Origin: Candidatus Latescibacterota bacterium
GTDB taxonomy: Bacteria; Latescibacterota; UBA2968; UBA8231
Length of the DNA stretch: 64,000 bases
Reading direction: 5' to 3'
Assembly: GCA_965248265.1 (NCBI GenBank)
Contig: CBDFJF010000001.1
Location: forward strand, 2,560,001-2,624,000
The position numbers and the translations under genes are program-made. The notes under the pieces are model-generated. The model did no database searches, was not told the DNA's origin, and was given only the letters and a program-made list of their open reading frames with translations. The first letter of the stretch is position 1, and each line of letters begins with the position of its first letter. Of the stretch, positions 44,399 to 53,484 are shown in pieces.

Positions 44399-46735
44399 TT
44401 AGCCGGCCGCTTCCATCGAGGCGGTTTCAATCAGGATCTCGCGAGGTTTGGCACCCTCGGCAGGCCCGACGATGTGGGCGCTCTCGAGTTCATCCATCAG
44501 TCGTGCTGCCCGGGAATATCCGATCTTCATGCGGCGCTGGAGGAAGGAGGTGGAAGCCTGTTCGAATTCGAACACCAGACGAACGGCATCATCGAACAAC
44601 TCATCCTGTTCATCTGCTCCGGATTGAATATCCGAACGATCCAGGAAGACGGCAACTTCCTCGGCCTCGTACTGACACTCAACGATCGAAGCAACCAGTC
44701 GTTCGGTTTCCTCACCCGAGACGAAGGCCCCGTGAATGCGAACAGGCTCTCCCTGGCCGCCTGGCAAAAAGAGCATGTCGCCTTTACCCAGCAGGCGCTC
44801 CGCCCCATTCATGTCCAGGATGGTACGTGAATCGGTCTTGGAAGCGACTTGAAAACCAATCCTGGACGGGAAGTTCGCCTTGATCACTCCCGTAATCACA
44901 TTCACCGACGGCCGCTGCGTGGCCAGAATGATGTGAATGCCGACTGCACGGGACTTCTGTGCCAGACCCATCAGCGAGGTCTCGACATCGGCCGGAGCGG
45001 TCAGCATGAGGTCGGCAAACTCGTCGATGATGATGACGATGTAAGGCAGCGGCTTGGGCACCTCCTCATGTTCCTCCTCGGTCGTGCTCTGTGCCGCCAT
45101 TTTCTCGGCCTTGCTGTTGTAGTCGGCCAGATTCCGCACGGCCAGTTTTGCCAGCAGCTGGTAGCGGGACTCCATCTCGGCGACCGCCCATTTGAGCGCT
45201 TCGGATGCCTTCTTCGGCTCGGTTATGACCGGGGCGAGCAGATGGGGGATGTCATTGTACATCGTCAGCTCCACCACCTTCGGATCGATCATCAACAGGC
45301 GCAGCTTGTCAGGAGCGGCCTTGAAAAGCAGACTGGCGATCAGACAATTGATGCACACGCTCTTGCCGGCTCCGGTTGCTCCTGCGACCAGTAGATGCGG
45401 CATTCTTGTCAGATCCGTCACCTGGGGCTCTCCCGATATGGTCTTGCCCAGAGCCATCGGCAGTACCGCTTTCGTGTTGCGGAAAACAGAATGTTCAACG
45501 ATCTCCCGCAGGTACACGGACTCGCGATCATGGTTGGCGATTTCGACACCAACGACAGCCTTTCCCGGAACTGGAGCCTGTATGCGAATCCCCTGGGCGC
45601 TCATCACCCGGGCGAGATCGTCGGACAGAGTGACTATACGGTTGACTTTCACACCCGCCGCCGGTTCCACTTCATATCGTGTGACCACCGGTCCTGGACT
45701 GACTTCAACGACCTTGCCGTTTACGTCGAAATTGGCGAGGGCATCCTCCAGCATCTTGGCGTTTTCAAGCAACAACTGGCGATCCGTCAGACCGGAGGTG
45801 TCGGGTACCTGGTCCAGTAGAACCGGCTTGGGAATGGTATACCGACCAGACTTGCGCCGCCCGGAAACGACTTTGCCGTTTCCGTTGGCCGGTTTGCTGG
45901 TCTTTCGTGGCCCAGACTGCGTATTGGCTGCGGAGCGAAGTGAATCGTCATCAGATAAGAGAGAAGCGGAGCGAAAGCGGGCGATGGTTGGTGTTGCGGC
46001 ATCCGCCTCAAAAACCTCTTCCTCGTCATCGTCTAGTGTATCCGTGATGGTCGGCTGTCGATCTCCGTCCACGAACATTTCCAGTGACTCGATTTCCCGC
46101 TGCGGCTTCAGCTTGCGGCGGGGCCGTGGCAGGGATGAGAGCACACGCCCTGGCAGGGTAACGGCGCGTGTGATACCTGCCACCAAAAAGTTGCCGACCT
46201 GACCCCACACCGAACCCAGACGCCTCACATCGATGTCGGTGCAGGCGAGAATGATCGCCGTCACCGAGGCACCCAGCAGTATGGTAGACCCCAGTCGGCC
46301 TATGTATGGAATCAATAGCGTCGATGCCACGTGGGTTCCCAACCATCCACCCAGTTCGAAGGCCATGTATTGTGAAAGCTCTGGCACCCCGGAGCCCAGC
46401 GTTACCAGCAAGCCCAGCGCGGCAAGTCCCGCACTGCGCCTGGCAACCGGTCGAACCGACTGACGGCGGATGCGGTTCCAGCCCCACATCAACAGGATGA
46501 CCGGCAGGACGTAGGCCGGGTATCCCACCGCGGCGAACGAGCCAAATGATAGATGAGCCCCGATTTTGCCACCCCAATTCAGGGTGCGATCGCCGAAGCC
46601 ACTGGAACCAGGTGCATCCAGATTTGAAAACGTAGCCAGGCTCATGAACAGGAACAGCCCGCAGGCGATCAGAAGCACCCCGGTCACCTGTGACCCCTTT
46701 TGTTCTGTCACCAGTCGATCTGCCAACTCCTCCAT
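44399..46735 (-). CDS. ftsK: DNA translocase FtsK
   Basis: N-terminal 4TM region, GPVVTRYE, MPHLLVAGATGAGKS, IDEFADLM, ATQRPS, gamma domain LQRRMKIGYSRAARLMD. Confidence 0.97.
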   Translation of the reverse strand: MEELADRLVTEQKGSQVTGVLLIACGLFLFMSLATFSNLDAPGSSGFGDRTLNWGGKIGAHLSFGSFAAVGYPAYVLPVILLMWGWNRIRRQSVRPVARRSAGLAALGLLVTLGSGVPELSQYMAFELGGWLGTHVASTLLIPYIGRLGSTILLGASVTAIILACTDIDVRRLGSVWGQVGNFLVAGITRAVTLPGRVLSSLPRPRRKLKPQREIESLEMFVDGDRQPTITDTLDDDEEEVFEADAATPTIARFRSASLLSDDDSLRSAANTQSGPRKTSKPANGNGKVVSGRRKSGRYTIPKPVLLDQVPDTSGLTDRQLLLENAKMLEDALANFDVNGKVVEVSPGPVVTRYEVEPAAGVKVNRIVTLSDDLARVMSAQGIRIQAPVPGKAVVGVEIANHDRESVYLREIVEHSVFRNTKAVLPMALGKTISGEPQVTDLTRMPHLLVAGATGAGKSVCINCLIASLLFKAAPDKLRLLMIDPKVVELTMYNDIPHLLAPVITEPKKASEALKWAVAEMESRYQLLAKLAVRNLADYNSKAEKMAAQSTTEEEHEEVPKPLPYIVIIIDEFADLMLTAPADVETSLMGLAQKSRAVGIHIILATQRPSVNVITGVIKANFPSRIGFQVASKTDSRTILDMNGAERLLGKGDMLFLPGGQGEPVRIHGAFVSGEETERLVASIVECQYEAEEVAVFLDRSDIQSGADEQDELFDDAVRLVFEFEQASTSFLQRRMKIGYSRAARLMDELESAHIVGPAEGAKPREILIETASMEAAG

Positions 46736-47097
46736 AGCGATACCTCAGTGCGAAATCCGGAAAGGTCATTCCGGTATCATAGATGGACAGATTCCGCCGT
46801 CGACCGAGCCTTGGCCAAACCACACACACGACGACTCGTGACGACCTTCCAGGCGCAACGACCTCTTGTGAGCCTGGTGTGGCGGCGGTGGGGTGGGGAT
46901 ATGGTGGGGGTGGGTGGTCGCTTTGCGAGGCTCTCCCCGCGCTTCACGATCATGCTTCAGCCTTGGAGGGCGCGCGGGGAGCGCGCTCATCCCGGCCTCG
47001 GTGAGAGGCGAACGACTGTACCCACCTACTAATATATAAGGATAACCGGTCTCTCGCACTCACCTTCCTTGGGCTGCCGTGCGCCGCCCTGAGGCCG

Positions 47098-49299
47098 TTA
47101 CAGCATTCCCTGACGCTTGCGGAGAGCCCACTCCACACACAGAAGTGAGACCAAAATCAGGATGTACCAGTTGCGTCCCCATAGTTCCATCGTGCGCTGC
47201 TCCCGCTGCAACCTGGTGTGGATATCCATCTCATCCAACAGGGTCGACCATGAATCCGCGTGCTGAAAGCTGCCGCCGGTCGCAGCGGCAATCTGGTCCA
47301 GAAGCTGTGGGGTTGCTCTCATATCGGACGATTCGAGGCTGTATTCTTCAACCACGAATTGGCCCGAGGATTCCCCCAGTCGTTCACCGGTGGACAATTG
47401 GGCTTGTGCAGAGTAGGTGTACTCTCCCGGGTCCAAGCCGCCTCTCGAACCCCGGTACAGACCGGGATCCGCCGGTTCCAGATCGATGCGGTTGTCCTCG
47501 AGCTGAATCGAAACCAGGGCCCCTGTGTGCGGCTTCATCAACTCGTCGAAGACCTGCACCAGGAAATCGACCGGCTCTCCCCCCCTGTAGACCCGGCGAT
47601 CAGTCGAGGCTCGAACTCGACCACTGGGTTGGTCGATCGCCAACCAGCGCAGGACGTTGTGCCAGAACCTGCGAATGGTATGGGGCGACTCCCCCGCCCC
47701 GCTGCTGAGCAGATCGAGACGCCAGAAATGGGACGACAGGGCGACCGCCACCCTTACATTGACGGCCGGGCCGCTGCTTATGATGACGGGAACGGGGCCC
47801 TGGGGACCGAGCCCCTCGATGAGTTCGATTGCCCCCGACCTCACCCTCAGTCCTGGTAGGTAACCGGTGACTGGCGGTAACCTGGACCAGGGATCCTCTC
47901 CACGCCCAACGGATCCCGTCCTGTCGTCGAAAGCGCTTGAAGTCAACTCCGAGTGCATCAGCGGGTGCCCCACCCCAGTTGGGGCTATCCTCAGGGCTAT
48001 GGCGTCGGCCGTCAGCTTGCTTCCCTTGCTGGCCCTGAAAGGCAGAATCCCGGCCAGAGGGCCTTCTGGATTCCAGTTATCAAGGCTGCGCGCGCCACCG
48101 ACGAACAGCAGACCGCTGCCGCCGCGCACGCCGGCATCGATGGTGGCGGCGATCTCCCCTGCGACAATATCTGGGCCCGCATCCACCAGTGCGATCACGT
48201 CCGGCCGGGAGGATAGAGAGGCCAGTAGTTGTGCAGGTTCCCTGTCGTAGAATGTTCCCGGTGCGCGCTGAATAAACTCATCGATCGCCAACGTCGAATC
48301 ACTTGCGAGAGCGCGCCTGAAGAATCCGTATTCTGGACTGGGTGCGCCCGCCACCAAGACCACCGATATCCCGCCCCGAGCGACCTGCGTGGCGAGAAGC
48401 GTCTGGTTGTTCTCTCGGGATATCTCACCTTCCAAGGTAGCGATCTCAATCCGGTAAATGTGCGGTCCGGGCTCATCTGCAATGGTCTCCAGTGAGACTA
48501 CTTGATTGTCGCCAGCGCCCTTGAGCTCGACTGACTTTGCGGCAAGCTCGGCCTCCCCTTCGAGAAGGCGAACGACGGTTCGCCTGCCCTCGAACCCCCA
48601 ACTGCGCAGCGCCACGCGTATGGACAATGGTCGCCCAGCGATACCGGGAACCTCAATCCTCGCATCGACGATCTGTACGTCTGTCATGACGTCAGCGGCA
48701 TTCCCGAAGCCGACCGCATACACCGGCACTGGCAAGCCCTCGACCAAGTGCAGGGGATCGGCACCGTAGTTGTGGGTACCGTCCGAAAGCAGCAGCAGTG
48801 CGGAGGGATTGCCTTTTGTGGTGACGTTCGGCGAGATCGCTGCCCGGATGGCAGCACCTATGTCGGTGGCATTGCCTGTGGGCGTAATCCGAGAAAGGGT
48901 GTCGAAGTCAGCGCGAGAAGGCGCATCGGCGAAGATCCATGTATCCATCATACTCACCGACTTCAACCTCGTGAAGTCGGCACTGTCTATGATCCGCCTG
49001 GCCTGCTCCAGTCGCGAAACAGTGTCCCCGACCGCCATGCTTGCGCTGGTATCGAGGAGGGTGATGATGCTTGGGGGCACGGTGCGCTTCAAGAGCAAGG
49101 TCAGGACCGGCTCCGCGAGCAACAGCAGGAGCAGCACGACGGACACGGAGCGCAGTGCCGGCAGGATGATTCTGAGGCGACGCGTCGCCCGGGGTTGGGT
49201 CTGGCGATAGACGCCGAGGGTGAACGCGATCGCCGCGGGTATCAGGAGGACGTAGAGCCAGGAACCATCCAGCTGGATGCCGAAGTCGAGCCACTCCAT
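47098..49299 (-). CDS. Membrane-anchored VWA domain protein with Ig-like and glutamine-amidotransferase-like regions
   Basis: Two N-terminal TMs, MIDAS DTSASM, ATDIG, LLLSDG, FVGG, FW..VLRWL, C-terminal TM ending EWALRKRQGML. Confidence 0.8.
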   Translation of the reverse strand: MEWLDFGIQLDGSWLYVLLIPAAIAFTLGVYRQTQPRATRRLRIILPALRSVSVVLLLLLLAEPVLTLLLKRTVPPSIITLLDTSASMAVGDTVSRLEQARRIIDSADFTRLKSVSMMDTWIFADAPSRADFDTLSRITPTGNATDIGAAIRAAISPNVTTKGNPSALLLLSDGTHNYGADPLHLVEGLPVPVYAVGFGNAADVMTDVQIVDARIEVPGIAGRPLSIRVALRSWGFEGRRTVVRLLEGEAELAAKSVELKGAGDNQVVSLETIADEPGPHIYRIEIATLEGEISRENNQTLLATQVARGGISVVLVAGAPSPEYGFFRRALASDSTLAIDEFIQRAPGTFYDREPAQLLASLSSRPDVIALVDAGPDIVAGEIAATIDAGVRGGSGLLFVGGARSLDNWNPEGPLAGILPFRASKGSKLTADAIALRIAPTGVGHPLMHSELTSSAFDDRTGSVGRGEDPWSRLPPVTGYLPGLRVRSGAIELIEGLGPQGPVPVIISSGPAVNVRVAVALSSHFWRLDLLSSGAGESPHTIRRFWHNVLRWLAIDQPSGRVRASTDRRVYRGGEPVDFLVQVFDELMKPHTGALVSIQLEDNRIDLEPADPGLYRGSRGGLDPGEYTYSAQAQLSTGERLGESSGQFVVEEYSLESSDMRATPQLLDQIAAATGGSFQHADSWSTLLDEMDIHTRLQREQRTMELWGRNWYILILVSLLCVEWALRKRQGML

Positions 49300-49340
49300 T
49301 ATCTGATGACTGTGTGCACGGGGTTCGGTTACAGTTTCAA

Positions 49341-50360
49341 CTACAGGGGCAGGCGCGGATGCGCGTCGAGGTCCCAGGAGCTGGAGTCACCGCATGAGAG
49401 CCGGAAGTGCCCGGCGGCAGCGATCATGGCCGCATTGTCGGTACACAATGTTGGTGACGGACAATAAAAGCACCCTCCTCGATCCATAACTGTTTGTCGC
49501 AGTCGCGTTCGCAGAGCGCCGTTCGCCGCCACACCTCCAGCCAGGGCAATGGTGTTGACCTCGAAGCGCTCCATGGCTGCGGCTGTTTTGGTCACGAGCG
49601 CATCCACCACGGCCTCCTGAAAGCTCGCCGCAATGTCCGGGATTTGCTGCTGCAGACTCTGTTGGCCCTCTTTCTGCAGACGACGAACGTGGTTGGAAAC
49701 GGCGGTCTTGAGTCCGCTGAAACTGAAATCCATACTGTCGCGATTCTCCAGAGCGCGAGGGAACCGTACTGCTTGAGGATCGCCCTGCTCTGCCGCTGCC
49801 GAAATGGCCTTGCCTCCCATGATCGTCTGGTGACGAGCGGTGAGTTCGAGGAGCTTGGCCACCTTGTCGAAGGCCTCGCCGGCGGCGTCGTCGAGGGTGC
49901 GGCCAAGAATCTCGTACTCCCCCAGCGTTCGCTTGGTGAGAACGAGTTCCGTGTGTCCTCCCGACACCAGGAGGGTCAGGAACGGAGGATCGAAATCATG
50001 CTCAATCAGATTCGAGAAGATGTGCCCCTCAAGATGGTGTACGCCGATCAAAGCCTTGTCGGCAACCAGTGACAGGCCCTTCGCCATCTGAATCCCCACC
50101 AGAAGCGACCCTACCAATCCCGGCCCCTTGGTGACGGCGACTCCGTCAATTTCTGAAAGAGTGGTATTGGCGAGAGAGAGAGCCTCGCGAACAACAGGCA
50201 CTACGTGGCGAATGTGAGCGCGGGAGGCGAGTTCAGGGACTACACCGCCATATACGAGATGTTCCTGTTGGGACAGAATCACATTGGAGAGAATGCGGCG
50301 ATCATCGGTAACTACAGCAGCCGACGTCTCGTCGCAGGAAGTTTCAATACCGAGGATCAC
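49341..50360 (-). CDS. tsaD: tRNA N6-adenosine threonylcarbamoyltransferase
   Basis: ILGIETSCDET, GGVVPELASRAH, HHLEGH, VSGGHT, DDAAGEAFDK, FSFSGLKT, CTDNAAMI. Confidence 0.97.
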   Translation of the reverse strand: MILGIETSCDETSAAVVTDDRRILSNVILSQQEHLVYGGVVPELASRAHIRHVVPVVREALSLANTTLSEIDGVAVTKGPGLVGSLLVGIQMAKGLSLVADKALIGVHHLEGHIFSNLIEHDFDPPFLTLLVSGGHTELVLTKRTLGEYEILGRTLDDAAGEAFDKVAKLLELTARHQTIMGGKAISAAAEQGDPQAVRFPRALENRDSMDFSFSGLKTAVSNHVRRLQKEGQQSLQQQIPDIAASFQEAVVDALVTKTAAAMERFEVNTIALAGGVAANGALRTRLRQTVMDRGGCFYCPSPTLCTDNAAMIAAAGHFRLSCGDSSSWDLDAHPRLPL

Positions 50361-50403
50361 GGAGCATTGTCAGAGGACGTGGACATTGTTCGCAAGCGCC
50401 TCA

Positions 50404-51351
50404 CTACCGCACGATAACCGTCACTTCAGGCGGGATAATTTGTTGCACCTCGAACAAATCGTTCGCAGTGGTTTTCACCGTTCCGAACTTCCTGCCAGAC
50501 CTGACCCAATCCTCGTAGTCTACGTAAAGCTCCAGGTCTGATTCGGGATCGAGATGCCCGATGACATCGGCACCGCCACGGACCTTGACCTGAACCCGAG
50601 AGGGTTCAACGATAACCTGCTTGCCGCTGGTGTTGCGCACGTTCACGGGCACTCCGGGAACCGGGTACTCAGCCAGTTCCTGAACGTCGACTCGCACCCG
50701 TACGTCGAATCGACTCAACCGCAGCACCCGATCTGGATCCGCCTGCAGGGCTAACCGCTGATCGATGTCCCCCCGAACCTGATCCTGTACCAGAGAGTCA
50801 GTCAGTACTGCTTCGAGAGCATCCACTTTGCTTTGAGGGCCCGATACCAGCACCGTGTTGGGCTCGATCGTCGGCTGGCCAACCTGGGTGTAGGAGTCGG
50901 CGATAACGAGAGCCGTCGGGAGCCGTATTGGGATCTCCTTCTGCACCAGGGGCTCCAGAACGACGCTGATCTCTACCGGGTCCAATATCTGCTCGACATC
51001 CACGGGAATGGTCGTGAGTACCTCGACTTGCTCCAGTGTGAGTGGATAAGATTGTGTGGCCGAACCATGTGTGCTCGAGGGACGCAGCCGCAAAGCAAAG
51101 TCTGACCCACTGATACGCAGAAGGTCTTTCCCGGAGCCTGATATCAAAACCTTGACTGTTTGCGGTGGAGTGTTGGAGACAATGAGTTGGCCAGTACCGG
51201 AAGCGTCGGTTACCTGGGTTTCCAGATGCAAGGGGATGACAAACTCGCGCCGGTAGCCATACTCGGTTACTGCATGCAACCAGACCATCGACGCCAGGAC
51301 GAAGGCCGCCACCATGACACCCCAATCGCCGAGGTTGCGCCGTTGCAGCAC
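50404..51351 (-). CDS. YbbR/CdaR-like domain protein
   Basis: N-terminal TM (AFVLASMVW), repeated P..V.V.V.G motifs typical of YbbR repeats. Confidence 0.75.
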   Translation of the reverse strand: MLQRRNLGDWGVMVAAFVLASMVWLHAVTEYGYRREFVIPLHLETQVTDASGTGQLIVSNTPPQTVKVLISGSGKDLLRISGSDFALRLRPSSTHGSATQSYPLTLEQVEVLTTIPVDVEQILDPVEISVVLEPLVQKEIPIRLPTALVIADSYTQVGQPTIEPNTVLVSGPQSKVDALEAVLTDSLVQDQVRGDIDQRLALQADPDRVLRLSRFDVRVRVDVQELAEYPVPGVPVNVRNTSGKQVIVEPSRVQVKVRGGADVIGHLDPESDLELYVDYEDWVRSGRKFGTVKTTANDLFEVQQIIPPEVTVIVR

Positions 51352-51499
51352 GTTTGAATAACCAGTACAGGTTTAGGGGTGGACTCTCTCACGAACAAGG
51401 TGGCTTGACCACCAGAGCGTTGTAAGCCTCCAATCGCGACCTCTTTCGCCCAACGGGCGGCATCTCCCGACAGCGAAAAAGCTGGCGAAGAGACTCCTT

Positions 51500-51691
51500 T
51501 TACTTGTAGGACTCCTTGAGTTCCCTGCCGATGCTCAACTCACCGTTGTCTATGCGCAGGTTGAAACCGCACTCTGGACTGGTGCAGACCCATGCCTTGT
51601 AATGTATGGAAGCGCCATCTCGGCCGTAATCTGAGAGTGGCACCAATACCCCCTTGGAACACTTTTGGCAGGTTGGCAGTGTTAGTTCCAT
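51500..51691 (-). CDS. Small zinc-ribbon hypothetical protein (63 aa)
   Basis: CQKC...LVPLSDYG...YKAWVCTSPECGF; SD-like GGGAGG upstream. Confidence 0.75.
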   Translation of the reverse strand: MELTLPTCQKCSKGVLVPLSDYGRDGASIHYKAWVCTSPECGFNLRIDNGELSIGRELKESYK

Positions 51692-51800
51692 CCTTTGACC
51701 TCCCCTCCCGTATGCAACGGTGGTGCGGCTGGGATCGAGCACCCGACAGCGGAAGTGCTGACGGCTTGCCCATTTTCTTCAACACACTGCAAAATGTCGT

Positions 51801-52304
51801 TCAATTGACACAGATTCGAGGTTCTACGTTTTCGAGTAGAGCAGAGTATTGCTTGATTAGCGCCTCCTGCGTTGCAGTCTCGATGGAACCCGGCCTGCAA
51901 CGCCTTACTTCATCCACGGCTTGTTCGTAGCTGCAGCCTGCGTGTAGCAGATAGCAAGCCAGCATCGTGCCCGTTCTCCCCATACCCGCCATACAATGCA
52001 CGAGCGTGCCCTCCTTGCCCTCGCTCATGTCGTGAGCGAATGCTATGAACGTCTTCACGTCCTCGATGCTCGGCGCGGACATATCTTTCACGGGGAGGTG
52101 CAAGTATCGCAAGCCAAATCGATGCACGGTATCTTCGTTTAAAGGTAGCTCGCTGAGTGAGACGATAGCTCCAATCTTCTCTTGTGAGACAATCCCCAGG
52201 TTCACCTCCAATTCGTCTTGTGCGCCCCCCGGTGAGTAACCAAAACCTCCTGGGTGAGCGGATCCGGCGATCTCCCCCTTCACGACCCAACTGAAGTTTA
52301 TCAT
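51801..52304 (-). CDS. Dual-specificity (CX5R) protein phosphatase
   Basis: FSWV, PVKDMSAP, VHCMAGMGRTG, RPGSIE...QE. Confidence 0.9.
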   Translation of the reverse strand: MINFSWVVKGEIAGSAHPGGFGYSPGGAQDELEVNLGIVSQEKIGAIVSLSELPLNEDTVHRFGLRYLHLPVKDMSAPSIEDVKTFIAFAHDMSEGKEGTLVHCMAGMGRTGTMLACYLLHAGCSYEQAVDEVRRCRPGSIETATQEALIKQYSALLENVEPRICVN

Positions 52305-52338
52305 CCTGACTGACTATCCTCGCTGCATCCGCGGCTGC

Positions 52339-52767
52339 TCATATCTCCTGAGTGGCAGTCGGCCCCTCTACCCAGTACGCTCCCTCAGGCGTTACCTCCT
52401 TCTTCCAGATGGGCACGGTTTCCTTGAGGCGGTCAATGGCGTAACGGCATGCGGCGAATCCGTCTCCACGATGCGGGCTGCCGATGGCGATCAGAACGCT
52501 GATCTCGCCAACCTCGAGGCGACCAATTCTATGGAGGATGGCGACATCTCCCAGTTCCCAGCGCTCTTGAATTTCTTCCCCTATCTGCGCCATCATCTTC
52601 TCCGCCATCGCAGGATATGCTTCGTAAACCAGATGATCCGTGCGTCGTTCACCGGAATGATCCCGCACGACACCGGAAAAAGTAACAACGGCGCCGTTGC
52701 TATCCTCGAGAACCTCCTGGTAGAGGGCGTCAGAGTCGATGCGCTGGTCGGTAACCTCGAATCTCAT
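52339..52767 (-). CDS. moaE: Molybdopterin synthase catalytic subunit
   Basis: GAVVTFSGVVRD, YEAY..MA, HRIGRL..GEISV, SPHR, LKETVPIWKKE. Confidence 0.95.
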   Translation of the reverse strand: MRFEVTDQRIDSDALYQEVLEDSNGAVVTFSGVVRDHSGERRTDHLVYEAYPAMAEKMMAQIGEEIQERWELGDVAILHRIGRLEVGEISVLIAIGSPHRGDGFAACRYAIDRLKETVPIWKKEVTPEGAYWVEGPTATQEI

Positions 52768-53021
52768 TCAGCCGATCCTCCACCGCTTACAGGTGGAATA
52801 AGCGCAACCTCGTCCCTGCTGCTGAGGACCTCTTCGTCACTGGCGTACTCCATGTTAACGGCCGTAGACAAAGAAGGCGTGATTCCCGCCATCTCCGGAA
52901 AGGCGGCAACAATCTTCTGCTTCAACTCTCCCACGGTTGTGCCTTCCCGGACGGTTAAATCGATCTCACCAGAACCCACGAGGTCTCGACAGGAAGCGAA
53001 GAGTAATACCCTGATTTCCAT
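52764..53021 (-). CDS. moaD: Molybdopterin synthase sulfur carrier subunit
   Basis: VLLFA, AVNMEY, DEVALIPPVSGG followed by the extension GSAE. Confidence 0.92.
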   Translation of the reverse strand: MEIRVLLFASCRDLVGSGEIDLTVREGTTVGELKQKIVAAFPEMAGITPSLSTAVNMEYASDEEVLSSRDEVALIPPVSGGGSAE

Positions 53022-53074
53022 TCACTTTGCCGCCGTAACCCCTAAAACCCAAGGAACTGCCTGCCTTTCGCACG

Positions 53075-53103
53075 AATATAAGAGAATCAATTGGGGCGTG
53101 CAA
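53075..53103 (-). promoter_or_regulatory. Candidate sigma70 promoter for moaD
   Basis: TTGCAC-17 nt-TATATT about 55 nt upstream of the moaD ATG. Confidence 0.45.
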
Positions 53104-53417
53104 CACGCCGTTTATCTCCCAACTGGCGTGAAAACAATGCCTTGGGATGATACGCCACGTGACATGGTGGGGAAGATCGGGTCTCACTGACCAGGACAGG
53201 GAGCCGCAGCCCGTCCGATTGACACCCCTCCTTGTAGAGGCGACTCATCGTCTCCCGATGTTCATGCTCAGCTTATTGCGACGGCGACCAACGCACTAGA
53301 GATCGACCTGACCACCGCCAGCATTGGAGCCAGGTCCAACCGTACCTCCCAATCTGAGGGGCGGAGAAACACGAGGTGCATCCGTGGTCTGTCATGCGTG
53401 GTCTAATAATATCTTGT

Positions 53418-53453
53418 AAAAAAAAAGCCGCTGGTTCGAAAAACCAGCGGCTT
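53418..53453 (-). terminator. Intrinsic terminator
   Basis: Stem gccgctggtt/aaccagcggc followed by 9 U on the minus strand. Confidence 0.88.
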
Positions 53454-53484
53454 CGTGCAGATTAGATGCGGTGCAGAATGCTAC

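Noticed and set aside
46766-47059. 97-aa His/Pro-rich ORF upstream of ftsK
   Set aside because: Low-complexity product of a G-rich tract with no supporting features
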